The notes: generated from the letters alone by a model not told the origin. A stretch of DNA of 64,000 nucleotides from a virus (IMGVR_UViG_3300047565_000101:40801-104800), one strand, 5' to 3'. Positions 31,167 to 41,292 are shown, counted from the first letter of the stretch. A program made the numbers and translations.

Positions 31167-32426
31167 TTATGAGATGACTATATTATTTTCTGCAATATAC
31201 CACTGGTATGGTGTAGTTCTGATGTCGTACACATCTCTATTTACTTCAACTTGAATAGAGTCAACCTTAACGCTTGATATAGTTTTATTTTCTACATCAA
31301 TATTAATTATTGTGTCTCCAATTTCAATTTCAGCAACCAACAGATTGATGAATTTTCCATCTCTATCTACGATTATTGGCTGAGCTGCGGAGTAGAAAAC
31401 ATTTGTATCGTTAAATGCGATTACATCCTTGACATCCTTGTCTACACTGACGACATCAATCTCAATAAAGCTTATATTTGAATCAGTAGGAGTATCAATA
31501 ATATTATCTCCATCTAATCCAGCTGGATCAATTGTTAAAAGTTTATCTCCAGCTTGAATTAGCTTTGCTGCTACATAGCCTCTATCTGCAGTTAATATGC
31601 GTGTTTCGCCATCAATACACTTATATCCCTTAAAGTATGGGAAGTATGGGCCAAATGAAGGCGGGAAGTATGGGAATGAAGGTGGGAAAAATGGGAAGTA
31701 TGGAAAGTAAGGTGGGAAGTATGGTGGGAAGTATGGGAAGAATGGGAAGTATGGAGGGAAGAATGGCGGGAAGAATGGTGCTGTCGTTGTAATACTGTTT
31801 GAGTTTGCTGAATAAGCAGCGCTTCCATTACCATTTGTAGCAAGAATCTGATATGTTTGAGCTGTTCCAGCTGTTTCATCAATTGTACGTGATGTAGCAG
31901 AAGCATCCGCTGAATATGTTGGTCCGTCTGAAGACTTAATTGTGTATCCAGATATAGCTTTTCCGCCTGTTGCTGGAGATGCCCATGATACAACATCTTG
32001 ATTAGCATTTGGAGATGTAGCTGTTGGGGCAGACATAATAGCTGGAACAGTTGTAACAGTTACAGATGAAGATGTCACAGAATCTGATGATCCAGAAGCA
32101 TTTACTGCCACTACTGTAAATGTGTATGCTGTGTCTGACTTTAAACCCTCAAAAGTATATACAGTTGAATTATCTCCAGTTTCAACCGTATAAGTTGTTG
32201 GAGTTGTTGTAATTGTATAAGATGTAGCAGGAGGAGATGTTAGTGGAAGACCCCACTGTATTTCTACTGCACCTCCAGTTCCAGATGCGCTGGCAGCAGA
32301 TGTTGTATTTGCTGTAGCCAAATATGGTCTATTTGTTCCAACATCAGTGACAGTTAATGAGGTTACTTCCGATGGCTCTAAAAAGTCATTGGATTGAGAT
32401 GAATGTCTACCTGCTCTTTTGCTCAT
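31167..32426 (-). CDS. FN3-FN3 / Pro-Phe-Tyr repeat / C-terminal Hint-domain protein
   Basis: Two FN3 repeats (YTFTVVAVNASGSS; YQILATNGNGS); 49-aa P/F/Y tract; CIDGETRILT...VYDIRT...YIAENNIV Hint blocks. Confidence 0.8.
   Translation of the reverse strand: MSKRAGRHSSQSNDFLEPSEVTSLTVTDVGTNRPYLATANTTSAASASGTGGAVEIQWGLPLTSPPATSYTITTTPTTYTVETGDNSTVYTFEGLKSDTAYTFTVVAVNASGSSDSVTSSSVTVTTVPAIMSAPTATSPNANQDVVSWASPATGGKAISGYTIKSSDGPTYSADASATSRTIDETAGTAQTYQILATNGNGSAAYSANSNSITTTAPFFPPFFPPYFPFFPYFPPYFPPYFPYFPFFPPSFPYFPPSFGPYFPYFKGYKCIDGETRILTADRGYVAAKLIQAGDKLLTIDPAGLDGDNIIDTPTDSNISFIEIDVVSVDKDVKDVIAFNDTNVFYSAAQPIIVDRDGKFINLLVAEIEIGDTIINIDVENKTISSVKVDSIQVEVNRDVYDIRTTPYQWYIAENNIVIS
31632..31778 (-). repeat. 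Imperfect 9/12-nt coding repeat encoding (P)P[F/Y/S]F units
   Basis: 14 units, e.g. TTCCCATAC; 20 Pro in 49 residues. Confidence 0.9.
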
Positions 32427-32466
32427 ATTTTCCCTGTCTACTTATATTTATTATACTATATTTATT

Positions 32467-34347
32467 TTATGCCGTAAGATCGCCATAAACAAGCCATGTA
32501 TTTGTATCACGCTTGAATAATGTCGCTGTTGACCATTGGGTTCTAAGTTTTAGTCCTGGAGTTGAATTTACTGTAACTCCAGAGTCTCCAGCAATTGTAA
32601 CCTGCCCAGTAGATGTCTGGCAAATATCAATTGATGCTCCAATTGGGAAGGCCACGGCTGAATTTGTTGGAATTGTAATTGTAGTTCCAGATGAAGAAGC
32701 TACCTCGATCATAGAGTCTCTTTCGCTTAGACTTGAAAGAGTATATGATTCAGTCTTATTAATAATAGGAGTTCTTGAAGGAACACCTTCCTTTGTCTGC
32801 GCTCCGTCAGAAAATTCAATTCCGCCGACCTTCATGGTGTCATATGTGACTCCAGAAAAATCAATTGCGTTATCTACTGGCTCTGGGGCATTAGAAACCA
32901 ATTTCCATTTTCCGTCTGAAGCATCACGAACAACACCTGTGTGGAAATGTCCAGTCTGAACATCTCCATATGCACCAAATATACCAATATCTAGAGCGTC
33001 TGTATCAAACTGCTCTGATGCAAGATATATAAGTGAGTCTGTGACCTCAAGGTTTGCTGTATCGACTGTAGTTGTAGTTCCATTAACAGTTAGGTTTCCA
33101 GTAATTGTTAAGCTGTCTACTGTTCCTCCTGCAGTTGTAAGAAGAACAGATGTGTCAGCTATACCGTGAATATCGGTTGTGTCAGAAGCATGTGATGAAA
33201 GAGTTGACGATGAAGCCTTTGCATCTAGTTGTGTCTGAATTGCAGAGGTTACTCCGTCAAGATAAGATATTTCTGTTGCAGAAACAGTTGATGATGATCC
33301 AGTTACTTTTTTAAGTTCAAAACCAGTATTTCCGTAGCCATCATTATTATATGAGTATGTTTCGTCAATTGTTGCATCAAGTGATCCGAACACGGTATCT
33401 ATGTTAACTACTGTCCAAACCTTTGAGTTAATTTCTGTTTCACCGCTCTTATATGCTTGAACTGTGTCTCCAACTTGGACTCCAGCACTATTTGGGAACG
33501 GATACTTATAAAAGTTAATTCCAGTAACACCTGCTGAAACAGGGTAAGTGGAAACTTCAAAACCTGTTTCTGTTCCAACGACAGTGTATCCAGAACTAAC
33601 GGTTATTGTAGGGCTAGAGAGAGTCTTATTAGAAATAGTCTGAGTTCCTGTTGTTGTAACAAGAAGGGACGTGTCTGCAATTCCATGAATATCTGTTGTA
33701 TCAGTAGCGTGACTTGAAAGAGATGTTGATGAAGCCTTTGAATCAAGCTGAGACTGGATTCCAGAAGTAACTCCATTTATATAGCTAATTTCAGTTGAAG
33801 ATACATCTCCAATTGTAGTTGTTGAAGGAAGAACTACGTCTCCAGTAAATGTTGGACTTGCCTTGGGAGCTTTTGCTGCATCTAAATCTGATATATCTGT
33901 TGTATGACCAGATACTGTAGATGCTAATGTTCCAGCAGCAGTATTAATATCTGATATATCTGTTGCAATTCCAGTTACTGTTTCTTCAAGAGTTCCAATT
34001 TGCCCTGATAGATCTTCATCTAATGCGTTTACAGCGCTTGTAACGCTAGAAACTGTAGCGTAATAAGTATCATCAATTTGTGTATTTGGAACTTTTGTAC
34101 TTGAATTAAGTGATGCAACACCGTTTGCAGCACCTCTATCTGATAGCAATATATAATCTTCAAGCGATGTGCTTAGGTCTGCTGGTGTAGTATTAGCATA
34201 GTCTGTGATGCTATTCCAGTTATTGCCATTTCCAATTTTAAATTGAAGTGTATCTGTTTCAATACCAATTTCACCTGCAAGCAATACTGGATTTGCGCTT
34301 GTCCAGTTTGCAGCGGTATCTCTTCTAAGTTGAATTCTAATTGCCAT
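32467..34347 (-). CDS. Fibre/decoration protein with Mtd-N-like domain
   Basis: IQLRRDTAANWTSANPVLLAGEIGIETDT; internal duplicated segment. Confidence 0.75.
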   Translation of the reverse strand: MAIRIQLRRDTAANWTSANPVLLAGEIGIETDTLQFKIGNGNNWNSITDYANTTPADLSTSLEDYILLSDRGAANGVASLNSSTKVPNTQIDDTYYATVSSVTSAVNALDEDLSGQIGTLEETVTGIATDISDINTAAGTLASTVSGHTTDISDLDAAKAPKASPTFTGDVVLPSTTTIGDVSSTEISYINGVTSGIQSQLDSKASSTSLSSHATDTTDIHGIADTSLLVTTTGTQTISNKTLSSPTITVSSGYTVVGTETGFEVSTYPVSAGVTGINFYKYPFPNSAGVQVGDTVQAYKSGETEINSKVWTVVNIDTVFGSLDATIDETYSYNNDGYGNTGFELKKVTGSSSTVSATEISYLDGVTSAIQTQLDAKASSSTLSSHASDTTDIHGIADTSVLLTTAGGTVDSLTITGNLTVNGTTTTVDTANLEVTDSLIYLASEQFDTDALDIGIFGAYGDVQTGHFHTGVVRDASDGKWKLVSNAPEPVDNAIDFSGVTYDTMKVGGIEFSDGAQTKEGVPSRTPIINKTESYTLSSLSERDSMIEVASSSGTTITIPTNSAVAFPIGASIDICQTSTGQVTIAGDSGVTVNSTPGLKLRTQWSTATLFKRDTNTWLVYGDLTA

Positions 34348-34784
34348 TATGCGTTACCTCCGTCAAGTATATCATTAAATGATGTTGAATACGCATTTCC
34401 TGCGTCATAGGATACTATTGAGCTATCTACAAAAGTACCATAATTTATATATCCAACTGTTCCATCATAATTATGCACGTGATCCAGCAATGCTTTAGGA
34501 CCACCTACATCAGACCAACTTGTGCCATTATATGTTTTAATTACATTTTCAACTGTATCAAAATATACATCGCCTTCTGCTGGTGATGATGGTGCTGAGC
34601 TTAATGTTCTAATTGAGCTAGCAGCTGTTGCTCCACCAGCCTGTGATAACTCAACCCAATTAGTGCCATTATAAAACTTTAGAGCATTTGTCGAAGAATT
34701 AAAATAAATAGCACCCTCAGTACCGCCAGAAGGATCTGAGTCCAAAACTGGCGGAACTATCGGTGTTAAAAATTTCTTTGACAT
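34347..34784 (-). CDS. Small fibre-associated structural protein
   Basis: Two GAIYFN/GDVYFD...YNGT.W repeats. Confidence 0.6.
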   Translation of the reverse strand: MSKKFLTPIVPPVLDSDPSGGTEGAIYFNSSTNALKFYNGTNWVELSQAGGATAASSIRTLSSAPSSPAEGDVYFDTVENVIKTYNGTSWSDVGGPKALLDHVHNYDGTVGYINYGTFVDSSIVSYDAGNAYSTSFNDILDGGNA

Positions 34785-34787
34785 TTA

Positions 34788-36449
34788 TTATCCTACTACT
34801 ACCACTCGATATTGATTTGATGTAGGAGCAGATGAGAATTTAATTGTTAGGGTATCTGCTGTTGCATGCTCAACATCAACCTCTACCTCTGCATATGGAG
34901 ATGCTGTTTCATATACACGAGCAGTAACATCTCTAGTATTTAAGCTATGTGTTACTGTATATGATGTTGCTGATCCGTCTCCAATTGAAACTGAATATTT
35001 TCTAACTCCATAACCTTCAGAGAAGTTAAGGTAGCCAGTAGCTATATCAAAACCAGTTCCAGCATTAATTGTCGCAGCTCCATTAGAGAATACAAGACCT
35101 TCTCCAAGAACTACCTTAATTCCATTGCTGTCTATATCTAGACCCGCTGCTGTATTTACAGTAGCATTGATTATGTTTCCATCAAGCTCAATTGAGTTTG
35201 ATCCAACATATGTTCCCTGTCCAGAGAACTGCACCCACTCTTGACCAGTAAAGTCTGTTAAGTAGTGGTTTGATTGTACCCATGAGGTTGAGCCGTATTG
35301 AGTTCCTTCAATAACAAATACTGAAGCTCCAACTAATTCACCAAATGCATCTGCATCTGTTGCTCTGACTGCTACAAGAATTGGGTCATTAAACTGAAGA
35401 ACATAAATACCGTTTTCTGAGTCTGTAGTCTGACCAGTAAGCAATATTCTATAGCCAGCGTCATTTGAATCAAGCGCCCCGTGACCATCAATTACAACTC
35501 CTGCTACATCTCCTGAAATATCAATATTTGATGTTGCAAGAAGATTTACTGATTGCTTCCAGTTTAATCCAGCTACTGCTGAATCTACATAACGCTTATT
35601 TGCCGCATCTTGTGCATCAACTGGATCTGCAAGGTTTGTTACCTTATTATTATCTGCATCTAGATGTGCATCTAATACTGTTCCAGATCCTAGTGTCTTG
35701 TTTGTAAGTGTTTGTGAATCTGATGTTGTTACAACAGTTGAGTCAATATCTACTGTTAATGTTCCCGCCGAGTCATTATATGTTACATCAATTCCAGTTC
35801 CGCCATTTAATAGGCCTGCTGTAATATCCTGTACACGCTCAGCATTTAGTGTTACTGCACCATCTGTTACAGTAAAGTCTGTTGAGTTAAAGCTTGCAAT
35901 ACCCTTATTTGATGATGTTGCGTCTTCTGCTGAAATAGTTACTGTATCTACTGTAGCAACTGGGCCAACCTCAACATTAATGCCTTCACCGCCAACAAAT
36001 GCTAAGGTCTCTGTTAGAAGGTCTACTGAACCAGTTCCAGTATCTCCAGAAACATTTAATGTTGTAGCAATATCTTCTGAGCCTGCAGCTGTTAAGCGGC
36101 CTTGCTCATCAACTGTAAATGTTGGAATTGCTGTTGCTGATCCATAGCTTCCAGCTGTTACTGCTGTATTATCAAGATCAATTGTTGTTGTTCCAGCTGA
36201 GTCATTATATGTTGCTGTTAGGCCAGTGCCTCCAACTACAGCAGAGCCAATTACATCTTGGATTACTTCTGTTGAGCCAGAAGCTGGGATCCATGAAGAT
36301 CCATTATAAAAGTATAGTACGTTTGTGCTTGTGTCAAAGTATATTTGACCAGCTACTGGGCTAGATGGCGCAGAGCTGAGATTTTGAATTCTAGCGTTTA
36401 AGAGCTCATTTTTATTGAGGTCTAAACTAACTACAAATTTTCTTGCCAT
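34788..36449 (-). CDS. Fibre-like structural protein
   Basis: [29 protein letters not shown] fibre modules. Confidence 0.65.
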   Translation of the reverse strand: MARKFVVSLDLNKNELLNARIQNLSSAPSSPVAGQIYFDTSTNVLYFYNGSSWIPASGSTEVIQDVIGSAVVGGTGLTATYNDSAGTTTIDLDNTAVTAGSYGSATAIPTFTVDEQGRLTAAGSEDIATTLNVSGDTGTGSVDLLTETLAFVGGEGINVEVGPVATVDTVTISAEDATSSNKGIASFNSTDFTVTDGAVTLNAERVQDITAGLLNGGTGIDVTYNDSAGTLTVDIDSTVVTTSDSQTLTNKTLGSGTVLDAHLDADNNKVTNLADPVDAQDAANKRYVDSAVAGLNWKQSVNLLATSNIDISGDVAGVVIDGHGALDSNDAGYRILLTGQTTDSENGIYVLQFNDPILVAVRATDADAFGELVGASVFVIEGTQYGSTSWVQSNHYLTDFTGQEWVQFSGQGTYVGSNSIELDGNIINATVNTAAGLDIDSNGIKVVLGEGLVFSNGAATINAGTGFDIATGYLNFSEGYGVRKYSVSIGDGSATSYTVTHSLNTRDVTARVYETASPYAEVEVDVEHATADTLTIKFSSAPTSNQYRVVVVG

Positions 36450-36461
36450 GTTTATCTCCTT

Positions 36462-36905
36462 TTAGGACAGGTACGCTGTCCCTGAAAATGGTTGCGCCAT
36501 TGTCAGTGTTATTGTATTTGTATTATTATAATCTATTCCAGTCTCTAATACATCTCCTGCGCTTGTCTTAACTGTTACATTAGGATTAAAGCCTAGATTA
36601 TGTGTTATGGAAACCGAATATACTCCACTTACTGGGCCTGTTACTTGTGATAATTCCCAGGACGTAGTATATGAAACTTCTGTGTTTAATTTATATGAGG
36701 TTGCGCCAGACCATGTTATATCAGATGGCTTTGGACCATAAAACATGGTTGTATCTAGATCATAGTAGAAATCTCCAGCTAGCCCCAAATTATTTGCAGG
36801 GACCCCTGAACCATTTAATATTCCTTTACCTCTTGGGCCCTGTGGACCAGGTGATGAAACTATTACATTGTTTACTGTCTCAGTTACGATTACTTTTTCT
36901 GCCAT
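36462..36905 (-). CDS. Structural protein (short collagen-like GPQGPRG; THNLG domain)
   Basis: 147 aa within fibre block. Confidence 0.55.
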   Translation of the reverse strand: MAEKVIVTETVNNVIVSSPGPQGPRGKGILNGSGVPANNLGLAGDFYYDLDTTMFYGPKPSDITWSGATSYKLNTEVSYTTSWELSQVTGPVSGVYSVSITHNLGFNPNVTVKTSAGDVLETGIDYNNTNTITLTMAQPFSGTAYLS

Positions 36906-37255
36906 TATATAGTCACCGACCTACTCAAAGAAATAAAGCCTTCCAACATCTTAGTTTTATTTCCATTAGAATCAACGATCATAATGTCATAAGATGACTT
37001 TGGATAGAATAGCTTATTCGTTTGAGTAGGTGTAGCAACTATTTCAAGAAGTCCTTCTGGACCATCAATTGTAATTCCACCAGATGGAGATGTTAGCGTA
37101 AACGCTATCTTGCTTCCACCCTTTGTATCTCTAACCTGCATTTTTGCAGTCGCACCAGTAAGATCGATGGGAGTAACCTCATCATCCTCTGTGTACTGAA
37201 TCTGAAATCTGAAAGTAGTATTTTGATCTACTTCCCAATTCTTTTGTTTTGCCAT
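36905..37255 (-). CDS. BppU-like beta-sandwich virion protein
   Basis: PIDLTGATAKMQVR...YDI motif. Confidence 0.6.
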   Translation of the reverse strand: MAKQKNWEVDQNTTFRFQIQYTEDDEVTPIDLTGATAKMQVRDTKGGSKIAFTLTSPSGGITIDGPEGLLEIVATPTQTNKLFYPKSSYDIMIVDSNGNKTKMLEGFISLSRSVTI

Positions 37256-37328
37256 TTGCCAAAATCTCCTAAAATAGGAAAACTCCTGTACTTATTTTAG
37301 CACAAGAGTCTTCCTAATTAGTTATATA

Positions 37329-37571
37329 TTACTTATTTGTAAAACCAAAGTTTTTATCGTTTGGATTTAGAGCCTTTAGAATAACTGGAGCTACTGCTGC
37401 AACGCCTGCAGCAAGCAAATCCTTTGGATTTGTGTTTCCAGTCATATAAAGAGCCATAGCAGCAGCCAAGAATGCTCTACCGTATGTTCCTAATGCGTTA
37501 AGAATCTGTTCTTGCATTGTAACTTTCCCATCTTTGTTTAGATCAGCCTTATCAAATTTCTTTGTAGCCAT
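37329..37571 (-). CDS. Holin-like membrane protein with N-terminal EF-hand-like loop
   Basis: AAGGAG RBS before ATG 37571; two hydrophobic segments and LNPND..FG tail; DLNKDGKVTMQE. Confidence 0.55.
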   Translation of the reverse strand: MATKKFDKADLNKDGKVTMQEQILNALGTYGRAFLAAAMALYMTGNTNPKDLLAAGVAAVAPVILKALNPNDKNFGFTNK

Positions 37572-37633
37572 GTCGATCTCCTTTGTGGCACCTTGCCAAC
37601 GGATTTGAGCTTTCACCCAATACTATTCTACCA

Positions 37634-39565
37634 TCAGGACGATATATCTACAATTTCACAATTGCCGTCTGATGTACATGCTAGCGTTTGAGTACCACTT
37701 GTACCGTCTTCTGTTTCATAGAAAGATAAATCTTCCCATCGAATGCTTTCTGGCATTCTAGCTAGCAATTCTTCATATTCTTCCTTTGTAACTTCCTGGT
37801 ATGGAGCCTGCTTGTATGTATGATCAGAGTGAGGCAGGAATGAAATTCCAGAAACCTCATCAAAGTGCTTGTATACCCAAGCTCCAACTTCCATCCACTC
37901 TTCCTCTTTTACAGAAACTGTAATTGAAGGCTTATGTTCACACCAAGCACGTTGATAAACAAGCCAAATATTCAAGTGATCAATTGCAGTTAAATCATTT
38001 CTTGTAATTGCGCCTTCTGGTGCCTTTACTGGGAATGAGAAAACAGAAGTGTCATTTGGCTTCATAACATCATCTTCTACTGGGATACCAACCTCAGTCA
38101 AGAATGTTGTAATTGGGTCCTTCTTGTCTCCACGTACTGTTCTAATGTAGTAATCAGAATGCCATGCATGCATTCCTGAGCTAACCCCGACCAATTGAGA
38201 TACTGTTCCAGAAGGCTTTACACATGTAATAGCTGCAGACTCAGGAATCCCAATTTTCCCTGCCTCTTCTGAGTTAATTGTTCTTGCATACTCACGAAGT
38301 CCAGTTAAAACTTCTTCAAGCTTTGCAAGATTTTCCTTACCAGAAAAGAACTTGTGGCCAAACTGTCCTGTGAGTGAAACTCCAAGAAGTCGTTCTTCTT
38401 CTGTATTATCCTTCCAGATCTTTCTTAAGTACTTAAAGTCTGTCAGTGTTGATTGCCATGTACCAAGAATTGTTGCAAGGCGTACTTTATTTGAAACATC
38501 CTCAATTGTATCCTCTTCACGTAATACGACTTCTGAAAGATTACAAAACTGGTAAGGACGTAAAATAATTTCTGAGCATGGGTTCGTTCCATAATGGACT
38601 TCAGGGTCTCTACGACCATACTTAGCTGCTTGCGCCTGCGCTGCTGCAACATTATAGATTCCACGTTCGCCAGACTTCGAGTCATATAAAGATTTCCATT
38701 CCGCTATGAACTGCTCCATATCTGGCTTACGAGAATATGCAACAGAGTTGTTTGATAATGCACGTTGAGAATTGTTTTCCCACCAATTGCCAGCCTTAGC
38801 CTGAGCCATTTCAATATCGTTGATATTTGAAAGAGAAATCATTGCTGATCTACGAACTCCTCCAACTACAACAATCTCACCAATCTTACACATAATATCA
38901 TGTGCTTCAATTGGCTTAAGCTGACGACCTGCTGCTGACTTAAACTTAGCAATTGTAAAATCAAAAAGATTAATTAGTGGTTGTGGGCCAGATGATCTTC
39001 CACCCATTGTCTTTAAACGTGCACCTGCTGGACGAAGCTTGCTTACATCAATAGCTGGAATCTGTCCAGACCAAAGCAATGCAAGAAGTTCACGATACGC
39101 CTTTGCCCATCCTTGCTTTGAATCTTCAACTGTAATAACTGTTGTAGACTTATCAAAAGAATCTGGGACGGCGGGAAGCTTATTAACATACTTATACTCA
39201 ACAGAGAATCCAACGCCTGTTCCACACATAAGAATATACATTGTTTCATCAAATGATCTTGGTGAATCTACTGGAACGAATGAGCAGTTATATCCAGCAA
39301 CATGATCTCTATCTAGAGCTGCACCAGCGGTCATTACAGAACGCATTGATGGCATAACATTTCTATTAAATACAGCTGACTTTAATTCTTCAACAATCTT
39401 TGTATCTGGAACATAGTTCATTGTTTTGAGGTGTGACAGCATGAAATCAAAATATCTATCAACGGTCTCACCCCATACTTCTCTACGATTCTCTTCTGGT
39501 ATCCAACGTGCATATCTTGAGAGAGCGATAAAATTCTCATAAGGATTTTCAATAGTTCTTGACAT
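37634..39565 (-). CDS. nrdJ: Class II (B12-dependent) ribonucleotide reductase
   Basis: GGVRRSA, TNPCSEI, CVKPSGTVSQL motifs; C-terminal Cys pair; no beta subunit gene alongside. Confidence 0.9.
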   Translation of the reverse strand: MSRTIENPYENFIALSRYARWIPEENRREVWGETVDRYFDFMLSHLKTMNYVPDTKIVEELKSAVFNRNVMPSMRSVMTAGAALDRDHVAGYNCSFVPVDSPRSFDETMYILMCGTGVGFSVEYKYVNKLPAVPDSFDKSTTVITVEDSKQGWAKAYRELLALLWSGQIPAIDVSKLRPAGARLKTMGGRSSGPQPLINLFDFTIAKFKSAAGRQLKPIEAHDIMCKIGEIVVVGGVRRSAMISLSNINDIEMAQAKAGNWWENNSQRALSNNSVAYSRKPDMEQFIAEWKSLYDSKSGERGIYNVAAAQAQAAKYGRRDPEVHYGTNPCSEIILRPYQFCNLSEVVLREEDTIEDVSNKVRLATILGTWQSTLTDFKYLRKIWKDNTEEERLLGVSLTGQFGHKFFSGKENLAKLEEVLTGLREYARTINSEEAGKIGIPESAAITCVKPSGTVSQLVGVSSGMHAWHSDYYIRTVRGDKKDPITTFLTEVGIPVEDDVMKPNDTSVFSFPVKAPEGAITRNDLTAIDHLNIWLVYQRAWCEHKPSITVSVKEEEWMEVGAWVYKHFDEVSGISFLPHSDHTYKQAPYQEVTKEEYEELLARMPESIRWEDLSFYETEDGTSGTQTLACTSDGNCEIVDISS

Positions 39566-39650
39566 TTTTGGTGACACCTTTTCTCCGCCTAACGGTTAAT
39601 TAAATTTTGTGAAGTATAAGTGTACCAAACTTTTTTTTAATGGTCTAGGT

Positions 39651-40640
39651 CTACGAGAACTTTTTTACAATATGGTCAAAAGCATTATTGGTCAACTGAT
39701 TCCAGTTATATTCATCATGAATTTTACTAGCCTGCGCCATATAGTAACTTGAATATGGCTTAAAGTTTGATGCCACATCAAACATAAGGGCTCTTAAATC
39801 CTGATAGTCTGGCTCAAACACTTTTCCTTCATGAGGGAATGGCCAAGGAGAATCTATCAATGTTGACTTTAGCTTTAGTGGTCCAAGATACTTTTTATAA
39901 TGAGCCCACTCTCCAACGCATATTGTTGGCATTCCAGTAGCAAGAGCTTGAAGCGGAATAAATCCAAAGCCTTCACCATAGCTAGGGTATACAAGAACAT
40001 CATGATCATAATAAAGTTGCAACATTTCTTCTTGACTATAGTCATCAGTAATTATTTTTATGTTGCTATACATCTGGTCTGGTAAACCGATGATCTCTCT
40101 ATCAATATAGTTGTTAAATAATCTCGTTGTATTATTCTTATACGCTTTTATTGTTAATGAGTACCCTGGCTTATTCCCATACAAACTAACAAATGCATCA
40201 ACTACCATTTGTCCAGCTTTTCTTGGTGCTGGCTCTCCTACATGCAGAAACTTAATCGTTTCTGATTCCGCTCTTTTGCGTGGCTTCCACATTGGATCTA
40301 TTCCATGTGCATAAACCCTTACATCTTTTATTCCGTTATCTTCAAAAACATTTGCACACCAGTCTGATGTTGTCCAGATTTCATCACAAGCCATCATGTT
40401 TGGCTTCCACTCTTCTGGCACTACAGTTGACTCCCATGGAGTGTATCCAATCTGATACTGGTTTCTATGCATCTTAAAATGTGTTGGCTGAGAGAAGTTT
40501 AGCTGTACTGGAGCAGATGGAGCTTGATATGGAGTTTGATGTCCAAGCTCATTTAATGAATCTATTATAGAATGAGCTGCTGATCCATATCCAACAGACT
40601 TGTTAAAGTTTGCTCTAAGCGTAGAAAATGAAATTTGCAT
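39651..40640 (-). CDS. GT-B (family 4-like) glycosyltransferase
   Basis: YTPWES, RK, PSYGEGFGFIPLQALATGMP. Confidence 0.85.
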   Translation of the reverse strand: MQISFSTLRANFNKSVGYGSAAHSIIDSLNELGHQTPYQAPSAPVQLNFSQPTHFKMHRNQYQIGYTPWESTVVPEEWKPNMMACDEIWTTSDWCANVFEDNGIKDVRVYAHGIDPMWKPRKRAESETIKFLHVGEPAPRKAGQMVVDAFVSLYGNKPGYSLTIKAYKNNTTRLFNNYIDREIIGLPDQMYSNIKIITDDYSQEEMLQLYYDHDVLVYPSYGEGFGFIPLQALATGMPTICVGEWAHYKKYLGPLKLKSTLIDSPWPFPHEGKVFEPDYQDLRALMFDVASNFKPYSSYYMAQASKIHDEYNWNQLTNNAFDHIVKKFS

Positions 40641-40720
40641 ATAAATCTTTTCAGTTGACTAACTTGACAGTAACTTACTGACAATGATACTATTATAGTT
40701 CGTTATCTCTAAAGGAGGAA

Positions 40721-41284
40721 ATGCCAATGGAGAATAAAAAACAGCAGTTAAGCGATGTTGTACATCACTGGACAGCAATCATAATGGTAACATTATTTTT
40801 GTTTCCCGTCCAGCCAGCAACAGCCTTACCTGCACCAGCAGTAAAAACTGAATACCAATTAAAGCAAGCGACGTTGCATAGACTAAGTACTACAAAATAC
40901 ACGGCTAAGCAGCAGCTCACAGAGAAAGATCTTATAGGCCTTCTTAAGGCGGTAGGATTTGAAGGTACAGGTCTTAAAAAAGCTTGGGCCATAGCAAAGA
41001 GGGAATCTAATGGACGACCACTTGCATATAACGGAAACAGAAAAACTGGAGATAGTTCCTATGGAATATTTCAAATTAACATGATAGGAAGTCTGGGAAC
41101 AGATAGACTAGAATTGTTTAAGGAGAAATTTAACATGAAAACTAAAACTGAGTTATTCGACCCAGTAACAAACGCAGAGATAACGTACTACATGACCAAT
41201 GGCGGAAAAGATTGGTCAAGCTGGAAGGGCCTAACCCCTAAAGCTAAGGAATGGCTTAAGCTATTCCCGAATAACCTAGCATGA
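40721..41284 (+). CDS. Secreted lysozyme-like/lytic transglycosylase
   Basis: N-terminal hydrophobic signal; AIAKRESNG, SYGIFQIN, LFDPVTNA, WSSW. Confidence 0.8.
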   Translation: MPMENKKQQLSDVVHHWTAIIMVTLFLFPVQPATALPAPAVKTEYQLKQATLHRLSTTKYTAKQQLTEKDLIGLLKAVGFEGTGLKKAWAIAKRESNGRPLAYNGNRKTGDSSYGIFQINMIGSLGTDRLELFKEKFNMKTKTELFDPVTNAEITYYMTNGGKDWSSWKGLTPKAKEWLKLFPNNLA

Positions 41285-41292
41285 GAGGTATA

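Noticed and set aside
31167-31619. Canonical splicing intein
   Set aside because: No terminal His-Asn, no C-extein and no endonuclease domain.
31592-32008. His/Ser/Thr-repeat ORF (HHSSRHSSLHTSHSS...) as a separate peptide gene
   Set aside because: It is the alternate-frame shadow of the P/F/Y codon repeat; no RBS or promoter.
24724-34347. Diversity-generating retroelement suggested by Mtd-N-like domains
   Set aside because: No reverse transcriptase in the window and no TR/VR pair with adenine-specific differences; the duplicated segments differ at all bases.
50-40477. Numerous plus-strand ORFs opposite structural genes (e.g. 18862..19458, 32513..32959, 35698..36147)
   Set aside because: Antisense shadows of long minus-strand genes with no RBS or recognisable motifs.
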